Below are positions 1-13,669 of a stretch of 64,000 nucleotides of DNA, piece by piece. Where the stretch lies: NCBI RefSeq assembly GCF_006345805.1, contig NC_043009.1:20274001-20338000 (forward strand), given 5' to 3'. The notes beneath the pieces were generated by a model that saw only the letters and a list, made by a program, of their open reading frames with translations, was not told the origin of the DNA and did no database searches. A program made the translations under genes and the position numbers. Position 1 is the first letter of the stretch; every line of letters starts with the position of its first letter. The DNA comes from Octopus sinensis (lineage: Eukaryota).

Positions 1-964
1 GGCAGGATTTTTACCCTTCCAAACACCAACTGCTTTACAATGTGGACTGGGTGATTTTAAGTGGCATCTGCACTGACAGGGTCACCAAGTACTTGCAAGA
101 CAAAAACTTTTAAAGGGGGAGGAGGTATTGGAGGAGGTGATGATGAAAAGGTTAGAGTGAGACAGATACAGGTGCCTTGCTGAAGAGGAAGGATAAGGTT
201 ACCTGGCCAGGTAGAGAAAGATCAGGGATGAAGACGGAAACAGGTGTGCTACTGCAAAGAAAATACATGGTTGCCCAACTTGAGCAAAGTGCAGGAGAAA
301 GAGAGAGAGAAAGAGTGGGAGACCGCAGGATGGAGAGGGTGGCAAAATGCCAGGCATGCTCACAAGGAACGGGGATCAGAATATAGATGAGATGGTTGAG
401 TAAAGGCAGTGAGACATAGTGGCAAGTGCCAGGGCATAACTAAGGTTCAAATGTCATAATATAAATGACAGGATATTGTGAAGGGAGTGCGAGTAAGTGG
501 TGAAAGACCTGGGTATATATATATAGTGTTGAAGGGGCTACTGGATAACAATGATATAGAGAAACAGGGGTGTAAGGACAGGATTCGGGAGTGAGAATTA
601 GGCAAAGAGAGCTAGGCATAGTGAATGCAGAAGAGATTGGTTTGTTGGGGTAGGGTGAGGAAAAAGTTTTCTTGTTACCTGTGGGTGGAACACCCAGGCC
701 AGGAGCTAGCAGATGAGAGAAGAGATTAGAAATTTGCCATTATAATTTCCGTTTATCAACACAATGGCAATAATGGTTTCGAATTTTGGCTCAGGGCCAG
801 CAGTTTTTGAGGGAGGGGAAAGATGATTACATCGACCCTAGTATTTGAGTGGTACTTATTTTATCAACCCCAAGAGGAGGGAAGGCAGATCTGATCTCAA
901 TGAAATTTGGGTGCAGAATGTAAAGGTAGACAAAATGCTGCTAAATGTTTTGCCATCTCATTGC

Positions 965-1310
<346 letters not shown>

Positions 1311-1471
1311 AGGGGCTGCGATAAGAGTGGAGCACTTACAGAAAACAGCACTGCTTGGAGCCACTCGAATACTCCAGAAGGTGCTCAAAAATAAAAGGCG
1401 TTACCTTAGTTCACTGGTAGTGAACAGCTGACACTGTTGTACATCTCCAGCATTAGAAGCTGTACAAACGC
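1311..1471 (+). mobile_element. 3' end of an R4/Dong-like (RLE) non-LTR retrotransposon embedded in (AAT)n
   Basis: Encodes RVEHLQKTALLGATRILQKVL, homologous to the C-terminus IQKIALLGTAHILRRTL of the R4-type ORFs at 48246 and 50869; (AAT)n on both sides. Confidence 0.75.
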
Positions 1472-1539
<68 letters not shown>

Positions 1540-1568
1540 TGATGATAATAATAATAATAATAATAATG

Positions 1569-1607
<39 letters not shown>

Positions 1608-1727
1608 GTAATGCCTGATGTGTGGTGGGGTGGAAGAACGCATGAATAAACCTGACCTCTGTACTTAATTAGTTTGTTTTATAACAATTTCCCAATGATG
1701 AAACATGCATTTGATCTTTGTTTTTAG

Positions 1728-2043
1728 GGAATAAAGTTATGGAATAAAAAACCAATTAGCAGTAATAATATTAGTGATGGAATATTCCAAGAATTTGAGA
1801 GCCAAGGCCAAAGTAAATCTGGTATCAATGACAGTCTCAGAGAAACCTATTCTAAATCAATATCGCAGAATTTTAGACATTCAGAATTAGTTAAAACTCC
1901 ACCTTTGGACAACACTGAACTGAAATATGGACAATTCCTCGACAGAAATAAATTAAATATTGAAAATATAAAACATGAAGATGAAGAAGAAGAAGAAAAT
2001 GATCATCAATTTCCAAAATCACAAAGATTTAACAATATTGGAG
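1728..2043 (+). CDS. Metalloprotease exon 1 (visible): hydrophilic N-terminal region GIKLWNKK...[23 protein letters not shown]
   Basis: tttgtttttag acceptor; 316 nt open; G|gtaagt donor; phase 1 joins the next exon as GAT. Confidence 0.8.
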
Positions 2044-4260
2044 GTAAGTACAAAACCCTTAGTTTCTGTTGATGCCTGTGGAGACTAAGTTTGTCTTTGA
2101 ATGAAGGAAACGTTTCTTAAGGTAGAAATCACTATTTTGTATGACCAGATTCCTCTTCATTACTTTCTCTTTTCCATTCGTAGACATTAAACAGTTGCTA
2201 AAAACTGTTTGACCTTCTCTACGTTCACTCTTTAATTTCAACTTTCCCAAATATTTCTCCTGCTGACTTTTACTCAAGCACAGAGAGAACCCCTCTCATA
2301 TATTGCAGCAGACAATTAAACCCAAATCTTTAAAATGAGAAATTCTACTGCTTCAATAAATAAAAGGTCCATGATTTTTCCTAAGCAAAATTTATGATTT
2401 CCATCACTGCAGCTGAGAAATCATTTCTTACAGCTTAAAATTTATGAAAATTGGAAGCAAGGAATCTCTTTCAAAGTTGTTCTCATGGAATGAGGTTAGA
2501 ACAAACATTTTCCAGATTTAAGCCAAATGTTTTTTGAAGAATTCTCTGTTTTTGCATGTTGCAAATTTGACCTGTCTTGGATTTTGAATTTAGGAGTATT
2601 CTTTCCCTCTTAAGAGATCATCAACTGTCAAAGATGCTACCTGAGTTGACCCTGATATTAACCTTGGGGAAGTTGGATATCAAGGTCAAGAATGGTAACT
2701 TGTGGTAAAAGACCAACATTAATTTGGGGCAAAATGTGTCAAAATTAGAGAAGAGTAAAATGGAAGAAGAAGAAGAAAATAATGTTAACATGTTTATTTA
2801 GTATGGCTATAATTGATAGGTCTACAACATCCCTAATTTCTGCCGGCCTCTGGGAATTTTGTTCAGAGATTGTTGATTCTAGAATTGTTTATCTTGCTCT
2901 GACAACCACCCAAGACATGTTGTTCCAATGTTCAGTTAAATACAAAGAAAACATCAAGTGTTCCTCCATAATTTAGTTTTTGCTGTAAAAGAATCCGTTT
3001 TTATCCACTCAGGGGATTTTATCCTTTCTTCTCTTTTTCTTTTTATTTCTTGTCATAAAGCATTCAAGTTTCAGGAGGACATATTTTAGACAAATGACCT
3101 CCCTTATGATAATGTGTAACACTAATTACTCATTAGCATAATGACTAATTACCATAACTTATTACCACATTTAACAAATGGCTACACTTTACTGTTTTTG
3201 ATGTAAAGGGACCTAACTCAATATACTTGTGTACATAAGGCACACCCTCATCCCACGTGCACACACATGCACACACATATACACACACATACACACACAC
3301 ACATGCACATACATATACCCACACCATATGTGAACTTGGACAAGCCCATGCGTCATATTTGTCTAACCTATGCCAGCATAGAAAATGGATGTTAAATGAT
3401 GATGATGATGATAAATGCACAACCATACACACACAAACACACATAAACACACGCACAAACACACATACACACAAACACACATACACGCACGTATACACAC
3501 ACAAACACACAAACATACATACACACAAACACACATACACACACATATACACAAACACACACACAAAAATACATACATACAAACACACATACACACACAT
3601 ACACGCATGCACACAAACAAACATACATACACTCACATACACACACACACAAGCACACACACTCACACACAAACACACACACACACATGCACACACACAC
3701 ACAAACGCACACACAATAACATGCTTATATAATCCTTTGTGCCATGTTTCTCTGGTCCGTAGACATCATGAAACTTATTTCCCACAAACAAACAAGTTGT
3801 GAATGTTTTCATGCCATTATTTTGTTTCCATTTTCCTTTGAAATTTTGTGAATTTATTTTCCAGATTACGAAGTGCACAAAACTGAAGTATTCGTTGATG
3901 GGGACCCACTGACGTCAGACCAGTTGACAATGACATTACTCTCCAACATCAGCAATATTAATGTCACCTTGCAGCGCAGTCCTTCATCCATTCTTATGGA
4001 AGATATGGACTTAATGCAGCTATTTTTCAAGAGAGGAAAGCTAAAGATTGAAAAGGAACAGCTACCTGTAAGTGAGTTTTTGTCCCTCTCCAGCATTAAA
4101 AAAGCCATATATATTTTCCTTCCACATCTGCCATCTCTGGAGACCATGCAGTATTGCTTAACCATGTTGCTATCTAATATCTGATTTAAGTTCCCTGTGC
4201 AAAACTGATTTGGTAAGATCAACTGTAATGGATCAATAAATACTGTATACTTTGATTAAC

Positions 4261-4309
<49 letters not shown>

Positions 4310-4571
4310 CACACACACACATATATATAAATGAATTAAAAGCAGCTTTGATAATGTAAACATTACCAGTTGCAGTCTCCGTGTTTTGTTTACATGCCAA
4401 TTTGCTGTGGGGTAGTATCCTAGGAAAGCACCCTACACAATATTGAGTGTCAACAGATGGTGTCGTATATGGAGCTTTCCCAGGACACTATCCTGCAACA
4501 AATTGGTATATAAGCAAAACACACACACACTATGTATGTGCAGCCTATAATGTGTGTACACACACACACAC

Positions 4572-4603
<32 letters not shown>

Positions 4604-4612
4604 GCACACACA

Positions 4613-4660
<48 letters not shown>

Positions 4661-7600
4661 TGTAAGGAACAGAATTTCAATCAAGATGCTTAATAATTTA
4701 AAAGTCTATTTCTAATTGATGAAGAAAGAAAAATATGAAAAATCTTCGCCACACATTTAAAATAAAAAGATTCTAGGTGTTTCAATGTTTAGAATCAGAC
4801 GAGGTGATCTTTGTGATTCGATGGGGGGGGGGGGAGTGAGACAACTGTCTGGTAAAAAAACAATAGACATAACTTGAAGGTGTGATGTTTAGAAAGATAG
4901 AAGGATATGAGCTGTTGTGACATTCATCCCTTTCCTGTTTGCATTAGCTGCATAAATGAAGTGAAAATTTTGTATTAGGAATTGAGTCACAGCTTGGAAA
5001 ATTGAGAGAATCACTTTGGTAACAACTGGTCAAATATTCCATGATAACCATCAATTCCTTTAAAACCTGGATGGGGTGGGGGCTGGAGGAAGCATAGGAC
5101 TGATTTTTATTGATCGGGGAAAGATAAAAAGCCAAGTTTTTCCAGAACAGGATTTGAACTAAGAATTGTCACTGAATACTGCTTGATACTTTGTCCGCAC
5201 TCAACCAATCAATGTATCTTGAAATAAAAATCAATAAACTTATAAATTCCTTAAAATTGATAAATTCTATCTTCATTTCATGTTGCATGATCCACAATTT
5301 TTGAATGGATATTACTTGACCATTTCCGGTGCCTAAGGTTGACCTTCACCAACATAGTCAGCATTTCTTCCAGAATGTAGATGAAAGTGTCATCGTTAGT
5401 GTTCGACCAAATGGAATTAACGACATTCATGTGGTAAGTGGAATAATAATGGTTTCTAATAAATGCACTGATTGAGCAGTAATTTTGAGGGGAGGGTCAT
5501 GGCTGACCCCAGTACTTTACTGGTACTTTATTTTATCGAATAGGATTGAAGCAATCTAAACACAAATATTTCACAATTTACCAAATATTCCAGTCAAAAT
5601 CTTGAAAAAGAAATTTAAAGAATTTACTTTTCCATAAGTGTAGGATAAGATTTCAGACAAGATCTCACTGCTGTTTTTAGGTTAAGCTGTGGCCCAGGAA
5701 ATGATCAAAGGAATTCCAGCCATGACCATTCCACTTATTGTTTTCCAGATTTATGCTCACTTTTTAAATTTTTTTAATTGGTTGGTATAATTGAAAAGTG
5801 ATTTGGCTGCTATTTTTAACAGTTTACATTATAAAATAGAGTTTCTCATTGGCCCCTAGCCATAACTTACCAAAATTAGTTTTAGAAACAGTTTCTTCAA
5901 CGAATATTTAAAAATAGTCATCATGGAAACTGGAAGGATGTTTGTACTGGACCCTATTTTCTCCAATGTTAGAACTAGCATCTAGAAACTGTTTTAGGAA
6001 TTGTCTTTCTTGGCACTGACCATTTCCAGTCTAAATCCCACAAAAAACAGATTGACCTTTCATAAGACATTAATCATTATCTTTTATTAATCAAGTCAAT
6101 CAAATATTATCCTCTTGTAATACCATTCAGTTAAATTGAAAGAAATAAGTTATCGTTATTTCAGGGTTTTACCTCACTGCAAATTTTGGTAAAAAAAATG
6201 AACTTAATTTCTTTTTGATGTTTTTCCTTTACTTGTTTCAGTCATTAGACTGCGGCCATGCTGGAGCACTACCTTGAAGAATTCCAGTCAAATGAATTGA
6301 CTGTGATACTTATTTTTTAAGTCTAGTACTTATTTGATTGGTCTCCTTTGCCAAATTGCTAAGTTACGAGGACATGAACACCCTGACACTGGTTGTCAAG
6401 CAGTGGTGAGGATGGTCCCCATGGAGGCAAGGTGGCCGATTCCAGTGGCATGCAAAAAGCACCTTTTGAATGTTGAGCCTTACGGAGGCAATGGATGAAT
6501 GACAGACTTTTGGCATTCTGTTGTGCTTGAGAAGAAGACTCATCAAGCCAAGCAAAATTGCAGTCATGGCAGATACTGGTGCCACGCAAATGACACCCAT
6601 GCTGGTGGCATGTAAAAGCATCCATGACACTCTCAGAGTGGTTGGCATAAGGAAGGGTATCCAGCCATAGAAACCATGCCAAATCTAACTGGAGTCTGGT
6701 GCAACCTTCCAGCTTACCAGCCCTGGTCAAACTGTCCAACCAATGTCAGCATGGACAACGGACATTAAATGATGATGATGATGATGATCATCATCATATA
6801 TATGTATACGACAGGCTTCTTTCAGTTTCTGTTTACCAAATCCATTCACTAGGCTTTGGGTAACCTGAGGCAAGAGTAGACGACACTTGCCTAAGATGCC
6901 ATGAAGTGGGACCAAATCTGGAACGAAGTGGTTGGGAAGCAAGCTTCTTGCAGTCAAATTAAATAAACCTTATTAATATTTATTACTAAATTAATTATGC
7001 AATTTTGAACATGTTTCCATGTTTAACCTGCAGAACCCCATTCAGCTATTAAATTCTCCATGTTCAGGTCTCAAATTCTTTTTATTGTATTTTACTTGTT
7101 TAGTTGTTGCAGACTGTTTATTTTTTGTATTTCTACATGTTTACCAATTAACTAATGTTGTATTTGTTTAGGAAGGAATGGTGAGTGATGAACTGTTCCT
7201 GCTGCCCCCTGGTGGCAGTGTTCGTCATAAAAGATCAGTTGAAGTTGCGAGTCACACACTCTGGAGACAAACTACACCAGTAATGGTACTGGATGAAATA
7301 ATGGGTAGATATATATACACACTAATATGGTTCTTCATTTCTGCCACTGATATAACAAAAGGAATTGTCTAAGGCCAGCTTTCAATAAAATTGTTGTTGC
7401 TTGTAATCCATTTGATAAATCTCTCCTTATTAAGGTTATGCTTAATCTTGTAATATTCTTATTAATTACATCATGTATAATTTCATAACAACAATTCCAT
7501 AATTAATAACAACAACAACAATAGCAATAATGACAAGGCAATCGTCAGCAGATACTGAAATTGAAAAAATTAGATCAGAACCATCCATGCAAATAGTCAT

Positions 7601-10600
7601 AAAGAGATAAAGCCGATAAAGCATAAGACAGAGATAAGAAAGACAAAATCAGGAAAAAGCACAAGAGAAGAGACACTGCTAGAAATATGATAATAGATAT
7701 AAATACACTAAAGCTAATACAAAGTAACAGTAGTAGGACTAAAAAATATTTGGAAACACATAAAGGAAACTGATTTGTATAATAAGGAAATACAACGTAA
7801 ACACAAACAACTCTCTGTATAAACTTTAAAGTAGACTCTGGAAACTAGACATAGAGAAAAGCAGCAGAAAAAAGTATAAAAAAAAACACACAGTGATTTG
7901 GAGGTACCCCGTATATAACCACAAACTATCTTCATACACTAATGATAATAATCTTTTCCCAGTTCTTGCTGCCAACCTACAATCACAGAGACTACATCCA
8001 TCAAACTTTCATTTATATATTACAGAAAATTTACTTGAGAGTAGCAACAGTTTCTCTATATTCATCTTTCTCTTTAAATGGCACCTCAAGAAATTGATGG
8101 GGTTCCTGGCCCTGGAGAAAGAGCCTAGTGCTCAAACATTTCAACCAGACCTAACACAAAACCTCTTTTGCCACAGCCAACCGTGTTTTGTTGCCAAAGG
8201 AATTTGGTCAAACTTCACAATAGACACAGTTGGTTGTCAGATCTGCCCTGCATGTGAGAACTACCATTTGAGAGTAACACACAAATCAGTACAAAACAGC
8301 ACTGAATGAAGATCATGGATGGTTCCGTCACCTTCCATGAGTCTTGGATAGATTTAGTTGATGGTGGCTCCAACATGGCATTACCTGACTAGATAAAAGC
8401 AAACAAGTTGACAATACTGGGAGGAACCTCATTTAGCAGCAAGAGCACTCTCTCACATACATACATGCATACACACATACACACACGTGTGTGTATGTGT
8501 GTGTGTGTTACTTTATGTTGAACAAATGAGAGAAGAGTGCTCAATACATTTTGTAGAGGATAAGGCTTATTTATTAAAACTGAAGCTGAGAGTTTATTTC
8601 ATGATTTCTGTTTCAAAATGCTGTGAAGTCTCCCCTGAAGATCACAGTGGCTCATAAGGCTGCTTTCCCAGATTCTGTGGTGAATATGTTTGCCCACCAC
8701 GCTCCCAGGGCAGGGCACCAGCCCTTTGAAGGATTATTCAGTTACACCATCTAAGTGAAGCGGAGCCACAGTGGAGCCACATGAAACGAAGTGATTTGCT
8801 TGAGAACACAATGTGTCACTCAATCCAAAAACTGAAACCCCAATAATTGTATGATCATGAGCCACATATATATATATGTATATGTATTTATATGTATGTA
8901 TATGTATATATGTACATATATATATATGTGTATATATATGTGTGTGTGTATTTATATATATATACACACACACACATATATATACATACATATATATATG
9001 TGTGTTTATATGTATACACACACATGTGTACATGTATGTGGTGTGTGTATTTTCAATAGTGATATTTATTGTGAGTAAATTTTAGTTGTGAGTTAGTAAC
9101 ATGTAGTGATTTTGTAGAAAATGTGTAGAAGATTTGTAGTGAATTTAAAGTAGAACTTGGAGGGAGTTTGTTAATTTGTGGTGTTTACTCCTGTGTTTTT
9201 AGTGATATCCATTGAGCGAAGACCATGGAATAGATTTTGATGTGGTTGAGCCTTAATTCAAAAGTTGAGTGAAGTGTGGGGTAGTTGTTGATGTTGTTGT
9301 TATGTCTTGCCCCTAAAACAGCGAGAACCATTATGTCAATATTAGAGATCAATAACTAATAATTCATATGTAAGGAACCTAAATATTGGATATTTTGTGT
9401 ATTTCTCTAAACTTCTTTTTATTCTTAGGCATTCCTTTACCATTACCAAAGGAAACGGAGGAGAGTGTGAACCGAGTGAAGCGGCATGCTCTGAATGCAG
9501 TTCCTTACATTGATGTGGAAGTGTGTGTTCTTTTAGATTATGCTCTTTATTTAAAGGCTGGCAGGAACTTACGAGACCTGGCCGCATATATGCTGCACTT
9601 TTGGCATGCTGTAAGTAAACCTGTTTCGTTTGAGGTGATTCTTTGCAAAACAATTGGACAAACATTGACTTTTATTCTGTCGTGCATTCCTCCATGTTTA
9701 ATGGGGAAAATCTCATGGGGTTTTCATGAAAAAACCTTGAACAGAAAGATATAAAAACAGATTATAATTAATATAATTATCTAAGTTTTACAATGACTTT
9801 TGTGCTGTTACCCTGGGGACTCATGGGGGGGGGGGAAGGTGAGGCAGGTTTTAGAAATACTCAGGAAACCATCTGCTTGGATACCAAATAGTAAAACTAA
9901 CATTTCTTAATAACTGATTATGCTTCACTGAGGTGTGATAAGACTGAAACATACCCATACTGCTGTCACCATAAGTACCAAAGATAACATTCACTACCCT
10001 CCCTTTTAATCTTCCCCCACTTCATTCATCACTCCCTTCTGTTTTTGATTTATGTAACCTGCAGAATTATCTCCCTTAACTGTCTAGACCAGAATTAATA
10101 ACTTAATGAATCTTCCTTCTCATGGATGTGATTTTAATTAAAATTTCTAAGTTAATTACATGAAGTGTATTTACACTGATACCAAAATTAATATATTTGA
10201 CATTAATTTTGGTTTCCTATTTTGGCACAAGGCCAGCAATTTCAGAGGAGGGTCTTAGTCAATTACATCAACTCCAGTGCTCAATGGTGATTTATTTTGT
10301 TGACCCTGAAAGGCAAATTTGATCTCAGTGGAATTTGAACTCAGAACATAGAAATGAAAGAAATATCACAAAGCACACTGCTCAGCGTGCTAGCGATTCT
10401 GCCAGCTCACCACCCATATATTCGACACTAATATTGATTGGCATTCCCATACACATATGCACATGCACACACACACACACACATACAAATAAATAGATAG
10501 ATAGATACATACATACATGCATACATCCATACACACACAGATATATAGATAGATAGATAGATAGATACATACATACATAAATACATACACATATGTATAT

Positions 10601-11250
10601 GTATTTTCATCATCATCATTGTTTAATGTGTGTTTTCTGTGCATGCATGGGTCGGACGGTTGGCAGGAGCCAGACAAATAGAAGACTGCCCCAGGCTACT
10701 GTGTCTGTTTTAGCAGGGTTTTTACAGCTGGATGCCCTTCCTAACGCCAACCACTTTCCAGTGTGGACTCAGTGTTTTTTACATAGCACTAGCACAAGTG
10801 AGGTTAGTTTTGGCATAATTTTTGCAGTGGGATGCGCTTCCAAATGCCAACCAAGTTACAGTGTGAACTGGATACTTTTTACATGGCACCAGCACACCAA
10901 CTTGCAGGAGAAGGAATTATGAGAGAGGCAGGGGCATTTGAGGAGGAGAACTCGTGTCATAGGATGAAAGGTTAGAGGGTGACAAAGAGACAAGGAAGCA
11001 GAAACAGGTGTCTTGTTATTAGAGAGGAGGCGTTGGAGGAGGTGACTGAGTATCAGATGATGAAAGGTGAGAGTGTGACAGAGAAATAGATGTCTTTACT
11101 ATGGAGGAGGTACATGGTTTGTCAGTGAAAGAGACAGAGACAGAGAGAGAGAGCGAGAGAGCGACCAGGAATGCTGCTGTAGAGGGGATACATGGCCACC
11201 TAGCCAGAGGGAAGAGCAAGGGAAGAGAGAGAGAGTGAGAGAGAGAGAGT

Positions 11251-11281
<31 letters not shown>

Positions 11282-11852
11282 TAGGAAACAGCAGAAGTGC
11301 AAGAGAGAGAGAGCAGGAGAGAGATGATGAAGTGCCAGGGTATACTCACAAGTAACAAGGATCAGAGCATAGATGTGATGGTAGAGTTAGGAAGAGAGAC
11401 ATAAGAAGATCATAATGTATGTGATCAAGTATTGCCAAGAAGGCACAAGTAGGAAGTAGGGATTGCAGTGACTAACTTTTCTTTCAACACAGTTGCACTT
11501 TGTCGGTCATGCACATTGATGTCGCAAATCCAGCGGAGCATGCTACTTTCATTTCTCTCCAGTTTCTGCATATCCTCCACATTCACAGCCCATGTCTCAC
11601 TACCATGTAATATAGCTGTTCTCACACAAGTGTCTGTGTTTGTATACATACATACTCTTTTACTCTTTTACTTGTTTCAGTCAGTTGACAGCGGCCATGC
11701 TGGAGCACCACCTTTAGTCGACCCCGGGACTTATTCTTTGTAAGCCCATTACTATCGGTCTCTTTTGCCGAACCGCTAAGTGACAGGGACATAAACACAC
11801 CAGCATCGGTTGTCAAGTGATGTTGGGGGGACAAACACAGACATACAAACAT

Positions 11853-11935
<83 letters not shown>

Positions 11936-13610
11936 CATATATACGATAGGCTTCTTTCAGTTTCCATCTACCAAATCCACTCACAAGGCTTTGGTCGGCC
12001 CGAGGCTATAGTAGAAGACACTTGCCCAAGGTGCCACGCAGTGGGACTGAACCCGGAACCATGTGGTTGGTAAGCAAGCTACTTACCACACAGCCACTCT
12101 ATACGTATATACACACAGATGCACACAAACACAATAAGTTTTGCTTTGTTGTTGAAAGATTCTCTTACACTTAAATCAATGAAGTTCTAGATTTGAACAA
12201 AAATTCTATAAAAGGTAAAATTTGATGGGATGGGAGGAAATGCTGATGGAGGGTGAGCAAGTAACAGGAAATAATGATAATAATAATAATAATAATGATG
12301 ATTTCGAATTTTGGCACAGACCAGTAAGTTCAGGGGAGTGGATTAAGTCAAATACATTGACCCCAGTGCACAACTGGTACCTTATTTCATTAACTCTGAA
12401 AGAATGAGAGGGAAAATCAACGTTTTGGAATGTGAACTCAGAATGTAAAGATGGATGAAAGGTTGTTTGGCATTTTGTCTGATGAGGCTTTTAAACTGAT
12501 TGGACAAAATGTACGTGGGATGGAATGGTAAAGAAAAATGTATAAAAAATAAACTTTAATGATAAAGTCTTCATGCCAGAGTCTGTTTGTTCTTATTTTG
12601 TGGAATGGCTGTGTTTTATTCCGACAGGTTAACCTTCGTTTTGCCACAATACAAGATATGAGGATTAACATAAAACTGAAGACAGTTGGTGTCTTTCAGG
12701 TAAGATTGACTTTTAGTTTCTTAGTACAACATTACTTAACACCACCACCACCACCACCAATACCTATTTCTTTATTACCCACAAGGGGCTAAACATAGAG
12801 GGGACAAACAAGGACAGACATAGGTATTAAGTCGATTACATCGACCCCAGTGCGTAACTGGTACTTTAATTTATCGACCCCGAAAGGATGAAAGGCAAAG
12901 TCGACCTCGGTGGAATTTGAACTCAGAATGTAACGGCAGACGAAATACCGCTAAGCATTTCATCCGGCGTGCTAACGTTTCTGCCAGCTCACCGCCTTTA
13001 CCATCACAGTTCTGAGTGGTGCTACTGCCCTACAACAGGGGCTTCATAATTTTGAAAGGACACTCATCTTTCATACTCTTATGGGTCAGTTCTTAGATGA
13101 AAGCCAGTTTAGCAGGTGGGGAACAGGGGTGGGGGACTAAGCCATCAGTGTCTGGCCAGCTGTAGCCAGTCTCTTACTATCTCAACTGATATATCTCATT
13201 TTCATCTTATTTTATCTTATTTCACTGATATATCTTATCTTAGTGACCCAGGAAGAATAAAAGGCAGAGCTAACTTCAGCTTGGTATGAACTCAGTTCTG
13301 GATTCATTTCATGTCAAAACTTGATTACAAGAGGAAATATAATTAATATATGAAATATATTTAATATGGAAAATTTAATTAATGCTCTAGTATTACCAGT
13401 CAAATGAATAATATCAGGAAATATGGCAAATATGTAATAATTATTATTTAACTTTAATTGAACTTTTTTGTGCTTCAACAAAATGATGAAATGAATATTA
13501 ATTTAAAAAAGAAAATATTTATTACTTCAAAATAAAATTAAAACAAAATTTCTCATATGTATAACTTCTTCCTGCTGTCATCTACTCCCCTACTCCTCCT
13601 GTTTCTGTGA

Positions 13611-13669
<59 letters not shown>

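Noticed and set aside
9386-9754. 122-aa ORF as a single-exon gene
   Set aside because: Only 9429-9610 is exon; the rest is intron read-through. The same applies to ORFs at 3873, 7178, 12559 and 19352.
11655-13000. tRNA genes suggested by A/B boxes
   Set aside because: No cloverleaf; the boxes are SINE heads repeated many times.
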